64,000 nucleotides of DNA from assembly GCF_006345805.1 (NCBI RefSeq), contig NC_043018.1:26846001-26910000 (forward strand), in the 5' to 3' direction. Made by a program: the position numbers and the translations under genes. Numbering within the stretch: the first letter of the stretch is position 1; each line of letters begins with the position of its first letter. This stretch comes from Octopus sinensis (taxonomy: Eukaryota). Under the pieces are notes generated by a model. It worked only from the letters and a program-made list of their open reading frames with translations, was not told the origin of the DNA and ran no database searches. Below, piece after piece: positions 36,678 through 46,250 of this stretch.

Positions 36678-37100
36678 TGTGTTTGTGTGTCTGTGTTTGT
36701 CCCCCTAGCATTGCTTGACAACTGATGCTGGTGTGTTTACGTCCCCGTCACTTAGCGGTTCGGCAAAAGAGACCGATAGAATAAGTACTGGGCTTGCAAA
36801 GAATAAGTCTCGGGGTCGATTTGCTCGACTAAAGGCGGTGCTCCAGCATGGCCGCAGTCAAATGACTGAAACCAGTAAAAGAGTATCTGTAAACTACCTC
36901 TTAATGGATGGTTCTTCTAATTTTATTCTTCATTTTCGCTAGGTACATTCAAGATTCAGAAAACTGATCTGCGAAAGGAAAACTTCAACGTAAACCTCAC
37001 AAAGGACAAAATTTATTACATGGATAGTAGCTCAAGGAAGTACCAGTTAATCACTCCGGACATCTACCAGGATATTTGCAGCGGAAAAATAAGATTTTAA
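7323..37100 (+). CDS. SLC27A1/4: Long-chain fatty acid transport protein (FATP1/4-like acyl-CoA synthetase), 10 coding exons visible, 5'-incomplete: join(7323-7711,16282-16428,18062-18131,20359-20560,24698-24890,26524-26667,27680-27817,30424-30588,35957-36103,36943-37100)
   Basis: All introns are GT-AG and the phases chain correctly (2,1,1,2,0,1,1,1,1,1). Total 1753 nt = 1 nt + 584 codons including TAA. The spliced protein has the AMP-binding motif [19 protein letters not shown], and the FATP signature [35 protein letters not shown]. The SLC27A1 versus SLC27A4 assignment cannot be resolved and it is likely a co-ortholog. Confidence 0.96.
8513..8929 (+). mobile_element. SINE family A dimer nested in a SINE-D copy (host about 8420-9050)
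   Basis: 16-bp TSD AGAAACCATG(C)(C/G)AAAT at 8497-8512 and 8930-8945. The host resumes and ends in (GAT)n. Confidence 0.82.
9536..10534. mobile_element. piggyBac-like non-autonomous element with five internal ~175-210-bp tandem units
   Basis: TTAA|CCCTT...AAGGGG|TTAA ends. The motif TTTCAGACTTTT...GCCCTTGTTTCAT recurs near 9591, 9762, 9971, 10162 and 10370. Confidence 0.72.
10552..10936 (-). mobile_element. Non-autonomous Helitron (same family as 58927-59292)
   Basis: A|CTAG plus hairpin GACCC(A)GC-AAC-GCCGGGTC. Other end TTTATATGTAGAGAT. Internal (CA)n. Confidence 0.82.
11367..11587. mobile_element. piggyBac-like MITE
   Basis: TTAA TSDs at 11363-66 and 11588-91. TIRs CCCTTTC / GAAAGGG. 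Sister copy at 32153-32347. Confidence 0.85.
11742..12006. mobile_element. hAT (Charlie-like) MITE
   Basis: Perfect 8-bp TSD GTCTAGTC at 11734-41 and 12007-14. CAGG...CCTG termini. Confidence 0.82.
13185..13620 (-). mobile_element. SINE-like family D (long form with internal sub-repeats, (GAT)n tail)
   Basis: Conserved CATCATCGTTTAACGTCCGCTTTCCATGCTAGCATGGGTTGG and GGATGCCCTTCCTAACGCCAACCACT. Other copies near 3345, 12560, 19575, 21960, 43500, 46390 and 48050. Confidence 0.75.
14648..14960 (+). mobile_element. SINE family B (tRNA-derived head)
   Basis: A-box TGGCCCAGCGG and B-box GTTTCGATTCC. Near-identical copies at 39111-39413 and 62359-62654, with variants at 22998, 23683, 23950 and 28420. 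Confidence 0.85.
15052..15102 (-). ncRNA. Putative minimal type I hammerhead ribozyme with G3-C8 swapped core (repeat-borne)
   Basis: The minus strand reads UUUGUCA-GUGAACA-G-GUCAC-loop-GCAAC-GAAA-AUAUU-U-UGACAAA. Stem I is 7 bp and loop III is the palindrome AAUAUU. Stem II is degraded in this copy. Confidence 0.5.
15194..15439. repeat. Foldback (long inverted repeat, ~115-bp arms)
   Basis: The left arm AGGTATACTTGCCATCTCAATATGGCTAACCACTAAGGGTGGG... is mirrored to ...GCAAGTATACCT, with a spacer of about 14 bp. A related half lies at about 28800-28975. Confidence 0.9.
16282..16428 (+). CDS. SLC27A1/4: FATP visible exon 2 (147 bp)
   Basis: ttgcAG|CT CTT GAA. Encodes (A)[18 protein letters not shown]...APPSISNFK. 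Donor AAAG|GTAACT. Phase 1 to phase 1, matching both neighbours. Confidence 0.85.
16933..17935 (+). repeat. Array of degenerate SINE-A copies separated by (ATT)n, with a local tandem duplication
   Basis: About five SINE-A heads. 17338-17450 and 17778-17890 are near-identical, including unique flanks. Confidence 0.75.
18062..18131 (+). CDS. SLC27A1/4: FATP visible exon 3 (70 bp), AMP-binding motif
   Basis: tacAG|AT AAA CTA. Encodes (D)[22 protein letters not shown](R). Donor CAG|GTAGGT. Confidence 0.95.
18606..19075. repeat. Complex (TG)/(TATG)/(TGCA) low-complexity repeat
   Basis: Continuous purine-pyrimidine alternation. TATACGTGCATGTATGAGTGTGTGAAT recurs about 138 bp apart. A similar tract lies at 48830-49110. 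Confidence 0.9.
20359..20560 (+). CDS. SLC27A1/4: FATP visible exon 4 (202 bp)
   Basis: ttcaaAG|A TAT TTC. Encodes YFFMAYG...[13 protein letters not shown]...[19 protein letters not shown]. Donor ACT|GTAAGT. Confidence 0.95.
20725..21152 (-). mobile_element. SINE family C, full length (tRNA head, central microsatellite, CR1-group-like tail)
   Basis: Head AGGCGCAGGAGTGGCTGTGTGGT...GGGTTCAGTCCC. Tail CAGCATGGCTGCAGTCAAATGACTGAAACAAGTAAAAGAGTA. Other copies at 24992-25352(-), 27990-28354(-), 22130-22590(+), 32429-32805(+), 35488-35865(+). Confidence 0.85.
24698..24890 (+). CDS. SLC27A1/4: FATP visible exon 5 (193 bp)
   Basis: cctccAG|GTG. Encodes [13 protein letters not shown]...GNGLRPQIW...[13 protein letters not shown]. 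Donor CTGA|GTATGT. Confidence 0.95.
26183..26487 (+). mobile_element. CR1/L2-group LINE 3' end
   Basis: Encodes [24 protein letters not shown]...FKIKLD, then after a frameshift [24 protein letters not shown]. 15-bp TSD AAATAATAATTATCA at 26168-82 and 26488-502. Confidence 0.82.
26524..26667 (+). CDS. SLC27A1/4: FATP visible exon 6 (144 bp)
   Basis: cttgcAG|TT AAC. Encodes (I)[47 protein letters not shown]. Donor CAG|GTAAGA. Confidence 0.95.
26690..27190. mobile_element. Head-to-head palindromic Penelope-like non-autonomous element: tRNA-like head + (AAT)n + hammerhead-bearing terminal repeat
   Basis: Arms 26690-26945 and 26954-27190 are inverted copies around an 8-bp centre. A-box TGGCATAGTGG (26954), B-box GTTCGACTCC (26999). 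Hammerhead-like motif in both arms. Confidence 0.7.
27100..27145 (+). ncRNA. Degenerate minimal type I hammerhead ribozyme
   Basis: GACAC-CUGAUGA-A-AGCUG-GAGGGUAUAU-CAGCC-GAGAC-GUU-GUGUU. The core has GAGA instead of GAAA. The mirror copy at 26751-26793(-) has perfect GGCUG/CAGCC but lost GAAAC. Confidence 0.6.
27680..27817 (+). CDS. SLC27A1/4: FATP visible exon 7 (138 bp)
   Basis: ttcccAG|GT GAA. Encodes (G)[23 protein letters not shown]...[12 protein letters not shown]. Donor CTG|GTAAGT. Confidence 0.95.
29930..30295 (+). mobile_element. CR1 LINE 3' end
   Basis: Encodes [36 protein letters not shown]...*, then a UTR and an (ATT)n tail. Confidence 0.8.
30424..30588 (+). CDS. SLC27A1/4: FATP visible exon 8 (165 bp), FATP signature
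   Basis: ccacAG|GG GAT. Encodes (G)[34 protein letters not shown]...VYGVEIP. Donor CAG|GTGAGT. Confidence 0.96.
31021..31525 (+). mobile_element. Helentron-associated (HINE/DINE-1-like) element, interrupted; sister at 33345-33650
   Basis: Starts ATTACCTCCGCCTT, then a (GTTT)n microsatellite and a shared core GGATGAAACTTTCAGGGATGTTT. The class is inferred from architecture. Confidence 0.5.
32153..32347. mobile_element. piggyBac-like MITE
   Basis: TTAA|CCCTTTCG...CGAAAGGG|TTAA. Colinear with 11367-11587. Confidence 0.85.
32919..33218. mobile_element. Old hAT-type MITE
   Basis: TIRs CAGTGGTTCTCAA / TTGAGAGCTACTG. The TSD is not cleanly recoverable. Confidence 0.55.
34866..35244 (-). mobile_element. 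SINE family A concatemer
   Basis: Two successive bodies with internal restarts, then the head GGCGGCGAGCTGGCAG. Confidence 0.75.
35957..36103 (+). CDS. SLC27A1/4: FATP visible exon 9 (147 bp)
   Basis: ttccAG|GT GTT. Encodes (G)[12 protein letters not shown]...[19 protein letters not shown]. Donor CAG|GTGAGT. Confidence 0.95.
36487..36885 (+). mobile_element. SINE family C, full length, ending about 55 bp before the last FATP acceptor
   Basis: Same head, (TA)n centre and tail as 20725-21152, in the opposite orientation. Confidence 0.85.
36943..37100 (+). CDS. SLC27A1/4: FATP terminal coding exon (158 bp to stop)
   Basis: ttcgctAG|GT ACA. Encodes (G)[15 protein letters not shown]...[12 protein letters not shown], then TAA at 37098-37100. 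Confidence 0.95.
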
Positions 37101-37739
37101 CATTCCAGTATTGTGAACATTTTTTCTATAGAGATAAAAGAAAAAAACAAACAAAAAAAAACAGTGATGATGATGATGATGATGATAATGATGATCATAA
37201 TGATGGCGACGAAAATAGTAATATGATACAATACTAGTTAGACATTTCCCCGTGAGCAAAAGTGAAAACTAGTCAGCAATTTGAAAATGTTTGGTAGAAA
37301 TTTGGGGGAAATTTATTTTTTTTTTCCTTGGAAAATGACCAAACTTAATTGTGAACGCTTGCACTTTTAGCAAATTCGAACCCCTAGTTTAAATTCAAGC
37401 CCTTTTTGTTTTCTCCTTTGTCTAATCTTGTACGTATATACTCTGAGATACGGCTATTAATACAATTATCTTCATCTCTGACCATCTGTTTTCGTAATGG
37501 GAGGCAACTCTATAGTATTATCTCCCTTGGTCACTGAAATACTAGAGGATTACTATCGTATGACGAGTAACGGTCGATAGTATCAGATTATGTTAGAATC
37601 TGTAATTTATTGTGAAAATAGAATTTATAAGTTAAAGGTTGGCAGTTTGGCTTCGAGGTGGACTAAGCTCACGGCTTTTGCTACCACGAATCCAGTAACC
37701 TAAACCCACTTTATTTTATAATAATTATATTTTTAATCT

Positions 37740-37817
37740 AATAAATATGTTTATTTTGGAAATTAGTGTGTAGTTTATTATTTTGCATAAAACACCATGA
37801 AATTATAAATAAATAAA
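37740..37817 (+). promoter_or_regulatory. Candidate polyadenylation signals for the FATP 3' UTR
   Basis: AATAAA at 37740, 37808 and 37812, in a repeat-free AT-rich stretch after the stop. Actual use is unverified. Confidence 0.4.
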
Positions 37818-38205
37818 AAGAGGAAAATTATGAATTATTGTTATCTGATGTTACCCACTTTGGAAAAAGTATATTACCGTCATCTGATGGGTAACACTAA
37901 AACTAGCATATTCATACATATGCATACATATATGTGTCACAGACAAGTAAAACAAAGTAACAAGCAATGCTAAATTCAGAAAAAAAAAATGTATGTAGCT
38001 ATTTTACATGATGTTTTTGTAATGGTATTATTATCATCATTATTATTATTGTTATTATTATAACTGAATGTAGTCCTAAATTATTTTAAACCCAAAGAAA
38101 AAAAAAAGAATGAACAATCATTTGTATAAATGTGTGTTTACTATATATTTATATTGTCCTATTGTCATCGAAACTAGCAGACAATCTTTGCTCTTCCCTT
38201 TATTT

Positions 38206-38413
38206 TTACACATACAAAGAAACATACAACCACACATCCAAACACATTCGTACCGTTTTCTCCTTTAAGGCCAAGGAAACTAGTAGACAATCTATGCTCT
38301 CCTCCTCCTCTTCCTGTGTATCCACAAATGTACTCAATCGCAGATGTCTTTCCGGAGTGACGGCCCACAGGTCCCAAACCACCAATTTACCAAAGGTTGA
38401 TTCATTCGAGGTT
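38206..38413 (-). other. Possible terminal exon of a convergent gene (unidentified)
   Basis: Non-repetitive, GC-richer island with the minus-strand acceptor ttttcaaacgaaacAG. Two open frames follow: (E)PRMNQPLVNWWFGTCGPSLRKDICD* and TSNESTFGKLVVWDLW...LYV*. No homolog recognised and no partner exons found. Confidence 0.25.
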
Positions 38414-38491
38414 CTGTTTCGTTTGAAAATATGTGGCATTGTGTAAGAAAAGACATAATGTGTATTTTCTTCTTCCCTACCTTTCTCTCTG

Positions 38492-38540
<49 letters not shown>

Positions 38541-39030
38541 CATACATACATACATACACACACACACATCATTAATATAATAAGTTACAACAAGGCGGCG
38601 AGCTGCCAGAATTCTAAGCATGCTGGGCAAAAATGCTTAGCGGCATTTCGTCCGTCTTTATATTCTGAGTTCAAATTCCGCCAAGGTCAACGTTGCCTTT
38701 CATCCTTCGCGGGTTGATAAAATAAGCACCAGCACTCCACTGAGGTTGACGTAATTGACTTAGACCCTCTCCCCCCAAAATTGCTGGCCTTGTTCCAAAA
38801 TTTGAAATTGATGTATAAGTTACAAGTTTTGGAAGAATTTCAAATTTCATTATACGAAGAAAGTTTCAGGTACCCAAAAAGATTACTTATTTGTCAGTTC
38901 CATGTCATGGAAACACCTGAGTTTTAACCCACAGCCAAATCTTAAAATAATAATGAAACATTAAATATCACATCCACTTATTAAAAAAAACTGTAACAGG
39001 AAAAAAAATGTTTCCCTTGAACACAATAAA

Positions 39031-39076
<46 letters not shown>

Positions 39077-41085
39077 CTCACATAAGAATATATATATATA
39101 TATATATATATGGAGGCGCAATGACCCAGTGGTTAGGGCAGCGGACTTGCGGTTGTAGGATCGCGGTTTCAATTCCCAGACCGGGCATTGTGAATGTTTA
39201 TTGAGTGAAAACACCTAAATCTCCATGAGGCTCCAGCAGGGGGGTGGTGGCGATCCCTGCTGTACTCTTTTGCCACAACTTTCTTTCACTCTTTCTTCTG
39301 TTGGCCTGCTCGCTTAGCCAGCGGGGTAGCGTCATTTGAGGGCTAAAACAATGCGAAGCGCATTGTGACCAGCGATGTGTAGCAACATCTGATAGCCTGG
39401 TCGGTCACGTGATATATATATATACATACACATAAATACACACACGTAGATATGACAATGTTTATTGTATTCCAATACAAAAAAACTGTCTCTCTTCTAC
39501 TATTTCTTCAGTAATATGTTGGCTGCCTAAACAACAATTTCAACTAGATTAAGTTCTCTGTAAACCAACACAATCATGTAAGGTGTACATACGCAAAGAT
39601 ATTGGGTATGGAGTCATGCTACATCTATCCAAAATACAACATCTTGTTTTTGTTTTGTTTGTTTTCCCTCATCCCATCATCAACAGATTTTTTCTGTATT
39701 TTTTTTTTGTTTTATAAAGTTTTTTTTTCCTTTGTTAGTCATGTGTAATTCTTTTTAATGTCTTTCTTTGTCAAGCTTTTCAATATTTCATTGGGAAGTT
39801 AGTATTGTTAATGAAATTCACTTCAACAGATTACTAAGTGGGGAAGTCAGTTGCCAAAACACATCATTTAAATTATCTTTGTCCTAGGAGAGACGATCTC
39901 TTCTAGATTACGTTTAGCAATTTACACAAAAAACATACACATTTAAATTTTTTTTTCAGTATAAAGTTAATTAAGTTTCTAGTTAATTAAGCCATGTGTA
40001 GTGCCATTTCATCCTCATTTAGAATCTTACCTCAGAACCCAGGTAAATTTGTTTGGTGACCGAGCAAAGTCGTTGGACAGAGAAGACCTTTTAGTCTTAT
40101 CGAGGACACAGCAACCTCTCTAATGCTGGTGCCAGGGTAAAATACACCCAGTACACTTTGTGAGATAGTTTGGTTGTTTGTTGGTTGGTATTTGGAAGGG
40201 TATCCATGTGGTTGAAAACCATGCTGAAAACGAAACGGATGAGTGAGATGCACTCATCCGACCCATCAAGGAGGGCAAAAACTCCAAATAAGAACTGACT
40301 GAAACCGTAACAACCTCTCTAACCAGCAGACCTAATGATGATGATGTTTTATATATATGTATATATATATATATATCACATCCATACATGATAAATTCTC
40401 TTATGAAAAACAAGAGCTGTTCCTAGAGTTTACAATGGTTCATCCAAAGTTTTGAGCACTCCTTTGGGTGGTGTTTAGTATTAATTAGTAGTAGTAATTA
40501 GTGTTGATTTTACATTCCTGGTGTCTACTGCACTGAATTTGATCGTCTTGTTCACCATAGTGAACTTTTAAAAATTGAAAACATTTCCATGAGTTTTTTT
40601 TTTTTTTCCTTCTTAAAGAAAAATCTTTGGTCATGTAGAAACCCCAACTTTACATTTTGTGTAAAATGACCCCTTTCTCTTCTCTCTCTCTCCTTCATAC
40701 ATATCTACTTAAATGACCAGAACTGTCTTTATTCCTCCCTCTTGCTTTCTTTGTCTCTCCCCCTTAGCTAGTGCGTTTTCTCCAGTACTGTCAACAACAA
40801 CACTAAAATAAAATATTTTTTAATAAATATAATCCCTCCAGATTATTCCAGAGATATAGTATTAATCTGTATCTTCTTTTTTTTTTTTTTCTTTCCTGTT
40901 CCTCAATTATTCTGCCTTCCCTGGGTTTAAATGGCTTTCACAGAAAAATGAAATATCATCCCTCGGACGTCAAACCTTCCTCACCTTTGCTGAATTCTGA
41001 ATCTAACTCTACATCATTTCATCACTTCTCTAGATCTACTCAATCTAAGCTGACGAGAGCTACGCAACAAACAGAGAGTATATAT

Positions 41086-41301
41086 AAGGGCGTGCTGAAA
41101 AGTTCCTGGCTTTAAGGGTGTTGTGAAAGGCCTGGTTGGAAGACCAATCTTCCGAGTTCTTTCGCAGGGCTTAGAAAAACTGAAGGACCTTTACGATAAG
41201 TGTGTGAATCCGAGAGGGGAATATATTGAATAAAATCATAATTAACAGATCCCCCTGTATTTTATTTTACTCCAAGCCGGGGACTTTTCACCACACACCC
41301 T
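41086..41301 (+). mobile_element. Internally deleted mariner element
   Basis: TIRs AGGGCGTGCTGAAAAGTTCCTGGCTT / AAGCCGGGGACTTTTCACCACACACCCT after a TA. Retains the transposase C-terminus QGLEKLKDLYDKCVNPRGEYIE*. Confidence 0.78.
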
Positions 41302-42081
41302 CTCTCTCTCTCACACACATACACACACACACATATATATATACCATGTTTCATGATGGTGTCTGTGGTTTTGTGGTTTTATGTAATTTATTATCAAATG
41401 GAAATAACACTTCTCTGAAGTGTATGTCAGCCATCAAAAAAAAACAAAAAAAATTTTTGTTTTTCTTTTTTAATACTGTATATGCTTGAATCTAAAATCA
41501 TCTCAAACTATAGATTGTACCTGTGATATAATTACATAAAAGACAATAAGTTTATACAAATTTGTTCCTGTCCTTTTTCTTTTGTTTTTTTTTTTGCTGT
41601 TTTTATCTTTTTTTTTCTTTTTTTTTTTTTGCAACATTTTTCCACTCGTATTAATGATAAAGACACAATAATGTTCCATAACCTTTCTAGTATATTGCTT
41701 ATTGGCTTATCTTGCATTTGTTTTACACACTGGACTGTGGTCATGCTGGAGCACCACCTTCAAGGTTTTTTTTTTTGTTTAGTCAGGTGAATCGACCCAA
41801 GTATTTTATTTTGTTCTTGAAGTACTGGTACTTATTTTATCGTTTTCTTTTGTTGAAATGCTAAGTTACCGGAATATACACAAATTGCTAACAGTTGCCA
41901 AGTAGTGATGGAGGACAAACACATACACAAAGAGACACAAACATGTATTTGAATATATATACATACACACACACACACACATGATGGCTGTCCACAAGTG
42001 ACTGAGGAAGACCATTACTGACATTTAGGAACATTGTGCACTCTAGGACTAACTTATATTTTGCGTTTGTGGCTCCATAAA

Positions 42082-42113
<32 letters not shown>

Positions 42114-42455
42114 AACATATATATATATAAACATACACATAAACAATTATATATATATATATATATACACACACACTCATATATATACACACACACACAC
42201 TCATATATATACACACACACTCATATATATATATACACACACATATATAGATGTCACAATATATGGGTTAAATTAATCCAGTAGAACATAAAAACAAAGA
42301 GGTCCTTAATGTATCATTCTACAAAACATAGTAGGATACAAGTGACCATTTGTCGTGATAATAGAATTTTCATATTAAAGAAAATTTCAAACTATTTCTG
42401 ACATTTATGGCTCATACATACACACACACATATCATATATATACATATATATATA

Positions 42456-43222
42456 CTAGCAGTATTGCGCGCGTGCGTTCTATACACGTGCGAATTAAGC
42501 TAAACTTGGATGAAGTTCAATCAAAATTCAATTATTTTGGTTTTAAAATCAAGCGTTTATGTGTTCCATTTCCTCAATAGGAAGTACGTATAAGCATTTC
42601 ATAAATTTTTGTTGATCAAATAATTGCATTGTTGAATTATTCTTTTAGATCAGTATTTCTCAATGGGGATTTCAGGGGAGAGTTTCAGGGAGTCGCTGGC
42701 GATGTATCGTGATGATCAAAAATCCGGCCTGCTAAAATTTGGTTAAAGTGATTCAAACTGCAGACTCAATGCAAAATGGTCACATTTAATTCAAAGCGTT
42801 AAAAATGTTATGTAAACAATTTGTATGTGTTCGCAAAGTCCAAACGATTAATATGAAAAACCCTCCAGGCTACATCCCGAAAATTCATTTCTCTGCTGAA
42901 TTTCTACAATGTTTACAGCGATTCGTTTTTATATCTTGAATTTTTATTTTTCATGCAATTTACGCATGCTTGCACGCGTGGTGAACACAGTTCACGTCAA
43001 ACAGCTGACTGAGTAAATTTCACTATTCAATGCATGGGATAAGGCCTAAACAAACACATTATCGATTTTTGCACTTGCGAGATGAATTTTGGAACAGAAA
43101 TAGCACAGTTCAAATTTCATTTGCCTAAACTTTAAGTGACCCATTTTTGGTGGTTCTACGATTTGTTGGCTAGGAGGAGATGTGCCGGGAAGTTACACAC
43201 AGACACACGAGTTGAGTTTTTT

Positions 43223-43228
<6 letters not shown>
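42456..43228 (-). mobile_element. Non-autonomous Helitron (~770 bp)
   Basis: A|CTAGCAGTATTGCGCGCGTGCG hairpin end. The other end is ACACAGACACACGAG...TTTTTATATAT, inside a (TA)n tract. Confidence 0.7.
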
Positions 43229-43308
<80 letters not shown>

Positions 43309-43733
43309 TAGAGAGACATATACATACATATATATATCGCTAAGAGCTCATATATCTGGAAAAGAAGCTGACTCTAAAACAGAGCAGTAATATATTTAGA
43401 AAATTGCTTGTTATGACTGGTCAGTGAGTGACCATTGATTTTGGAACGTATAAAGCGATCTATGGTCACTTTCTGATTGGCCATACCAAACAACCTTCTA
43501 TATGGAGTGGTTGGTATTAGGAAGAGCATCCAGCCATAGAAACCATGCCAAATCAGGCTGGAATCTGGTGCAGCTCTCTGGCTTATCAGTTCTGGTCAAA
43601 CAGTCTAACTCATGCTAGCAAGGAAAGCAGACATTAAATGATGATGATGATGATACATATATGTATGTATGTATATATGACAGGCTTCTTTCAGTTTCTA
43701 TCTGCCAAATACACTCATGAGGTATTGGTTGGT

Positions 43734-43958
43734 CGAGCTGGCAGAATCGTTAGCACACTGGGCGAAATGCGTAGCCGTATTTCGTCTGCCGTTACATTCT
43801 GAGTTCAAATTCCGCCGAGGTTGACTTTGCCTTTCATCCTTTCAAGGTCGATTAAGTAAGTACCAGTTATGCACTGGGGTCGATATAATCGACTTAATCC
43901 ATTTGTCTGTCTTTGTTTGTCCCCTCTGTGTTTAGCCCCTTGTGGGTAGCAAAGAAAT
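43734..43958 (+). mobile_element. SINE family A nested in a SINE-C copy
   Basis: 14-bp TSD AGGTATTGGTTGGT at 43720-33 and 43959-72. Confidence 0.82.
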
Positions 43959-44870
43959 AGGTATTGGTTGGTGTGGAGCTATATAGAAGAAACTTACCCA
44001 AGGTGCCACACAGTGGGACTGAACCTGGAAACATGTGCTTGGGACACAAACTTTTCACTCCTGACCTCACCCACAGTACAACCTCCACACACACACACAC
44101 ACCCACAGTACAACGACAAAATATTACTCCATATTCAAGCATATACAATAATTTACCATAAAGGTTTGTCTTTTGTTTTTATTCGTACATGAATGATCTT
44201 TCTTATTGTATTGTACCATTCTAAGGAAAAAGAGCAGAAAAAAACCCCTAAAACTGTTCAGTGTTTGCTTGATATTTCAAAAATATTTCCTTAGAAATTT
44301 TCAAGACTTTGCTAAACCATGTAGACACCATTCTTTATTTATTTATTTATATCTGTCATATCCTTGTTGGTGAAAAAACAGATTTCCAACAGGTCATTAT
44401 CAGTAGTTAAACTGCATTCCTGACAGTGAAAGTAACAAGGGAGTGTCTGTCAATTGGTGCAGAACAAACATGTCAAAGACTTTTGTTTGAAGAGCAGATT
44501 TGATTTTTTTTTTTTTTGCCTGTTTACATCCTTTGCTTGCATATATTGCCAAACCAAAAATACACAGATACAATATGTGTATGTATGTGTGTATATATGT
44601 ATGTATGATGAAGGAGACTTCAAAGAGGCTGGTGTTGGTCTCTGACAACAAGAGTTAATAAAGTAGAATCAAGAAAGAGTCCAGTGAACTTGCCACAGGC
44701 AGTGGAATATCTACTAATTTAAGCGGAATCCTTTCAGGGAAAAGCTGAAAGGACAGAAATTATTGAGACACAGCAGAGGGTTACATCCTCTAAGTTCAAA
44801 AGATATAACAAACCATTGAAGTTTTCACTCTCCACTGCAAGTTCACTGCACTTATATATGTATCTGTATA

Positions 44871-44912
<42 letters not shown>

Positions 44913-45075
44913 TAGATACACCGGCAGTATATTGGATAACTGATATCCCATAGTGGGTTACCCTCATAACCCCTATCTTACTTTGTACTATATATATATA
45001 TACACCGGAGTAAACACATAAATGTGAAACAAGGTGGAAAAAAGAGTACTCAAATACCAGTGGTAGAGTAATATG

Positions 45076-45239
45076 CTTTATTTAAAGCAGCAGAAAATTC
45101 AACAAAACCTGTTACTCTGAGTTTCCCGTTGCCGTTCATCGGACAGTTTTTTTAGATTCTAGCAAAAACTGTCCGATGAACGGCAACAGGAAACTCAGAG
45201 TAACAGGTTTTGTTGAATTTTCTGCTGCTTTAAATAAAG
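45076..45239. repeat. Near-perfect hairpin (~76-bp arms) of two inverted hammerhead-like terminal repeats
   Basis: CTTTATTTAAAGCAGCAG...CGGACAGTTTTT mirrored with one mismatch, spacer about 12 bp. Each arm reads CUGU-CCGAUGA-A-CGGCAAC(A/G)G-GAAAC-UCAGA-GUA-ACAG. Confidence 0.85.
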
Positions 45240-45289
45240 TGTGTATATATATATATATATATATATAGGCGTTAAATGATGATGATGAT

Positions 45290-45329
<40 letters not shown>

Positions 45330-45354
45330 GGACATAATGTATATATTACACATA

Positions 45355-45385
<31 letters not shown>

Positions 45386-45983
45386 TATATATGTATGTGT
45401 ATATTATGCATATTTGTGTGTATGTAATGTGTATATATTCTTTTGCTTCTTATGGTGATTGACTTGTGGCCCTGCTGGGGCACTACTTTGCCTGCCCCCC
45501 CCCCCCAGTACTTATATTTTTTAAGTTTGGTACTTATATTGGCCTCTTTTGTGAAGCCACAAAGTTATAAAACCAACACCAGTTGTCAGATGATAGAGAG
45601 GAGGTGAACACAAAGACAGACAGACATACACACACGTGTGTGTGTGTGTATAAATATAGACACACACACACACATACACATGACTGGCTTCCTCACAGTT
45701 TCTATCTGTCAAATCTACCTAATTTACTTACAAAGCATTGATCATTCTGGGGCTATTGTATAAGGCACTCCTGCAAGGTGCTGCCACGCAGTGGGACTGA
45801 ACCTGAATCCTCAACGTCTCCCCACTTTCCATGTACCAAATTTCAATCAAGGTCAGGTTATTAGTTGACCTAAGGTTTTGAGAGAAACCTTTTTACTCAA
45901 AGCATCACCATTATTTGGAAGGCAATAAACCATCAAGAGCCTGATGGATGTGAAGTCGGCTTCTTAACCGTTGCATTTATAAT

Positions 45984-46250
45984 CTTCTTCTTCTTCTTAC
46001 AGCATTCACCCAGGGTGGGTCGAGCTGGCTTCATTCATCCCCAATGCTGTATCTCTTACAAACGCCCACCAGGCCTGGCAATTTGAGGCTAACGACCACA
46101 CGTGATCTCCAACCACTCCTTATTCCAGCGGCAAACGCTGTAGATATGGGGGCCTAGGTTGGGTCCCAGATCAGCCTTGACTGTCATCAGCCAGGTTTTT
46201 CGTTGTCCATGAACATCCTATTCCCAAGATCCTTCAAATATTCCTCATGC
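45984..46250 (-). mobile_element. RTE-clade LINE 3' end (second family)
   Basis: Encodes KTWLMTVKADLGPNLGPHIYSVCRWNKEWLE, then after a frameshift LASNCQAWWAFVRD...STHPG*. (AAG)n tail. Confidence 0.7.

Noticed and set aside
38292-38336. Selenocysteine read-through of the TGA after ...KDICD
   Set aside because: The exon itself is unproven, no SECIS was recognised, and it matches no selenoprotein family I know.
40222-40255. GAAAC followed by a perfect 10-bp hairpin as a hammerhead
   Set aside because: No CUGANGA, no stem II and no stem I, and the site reads GAC rather than NUH.
40031-40331. Apparent minus-strand exon with AG and GTAAG borders
   Set aside because: All three frames contain stops, and the sequence is a diverged SINE-D/RTE-type tail with (GAT)n.
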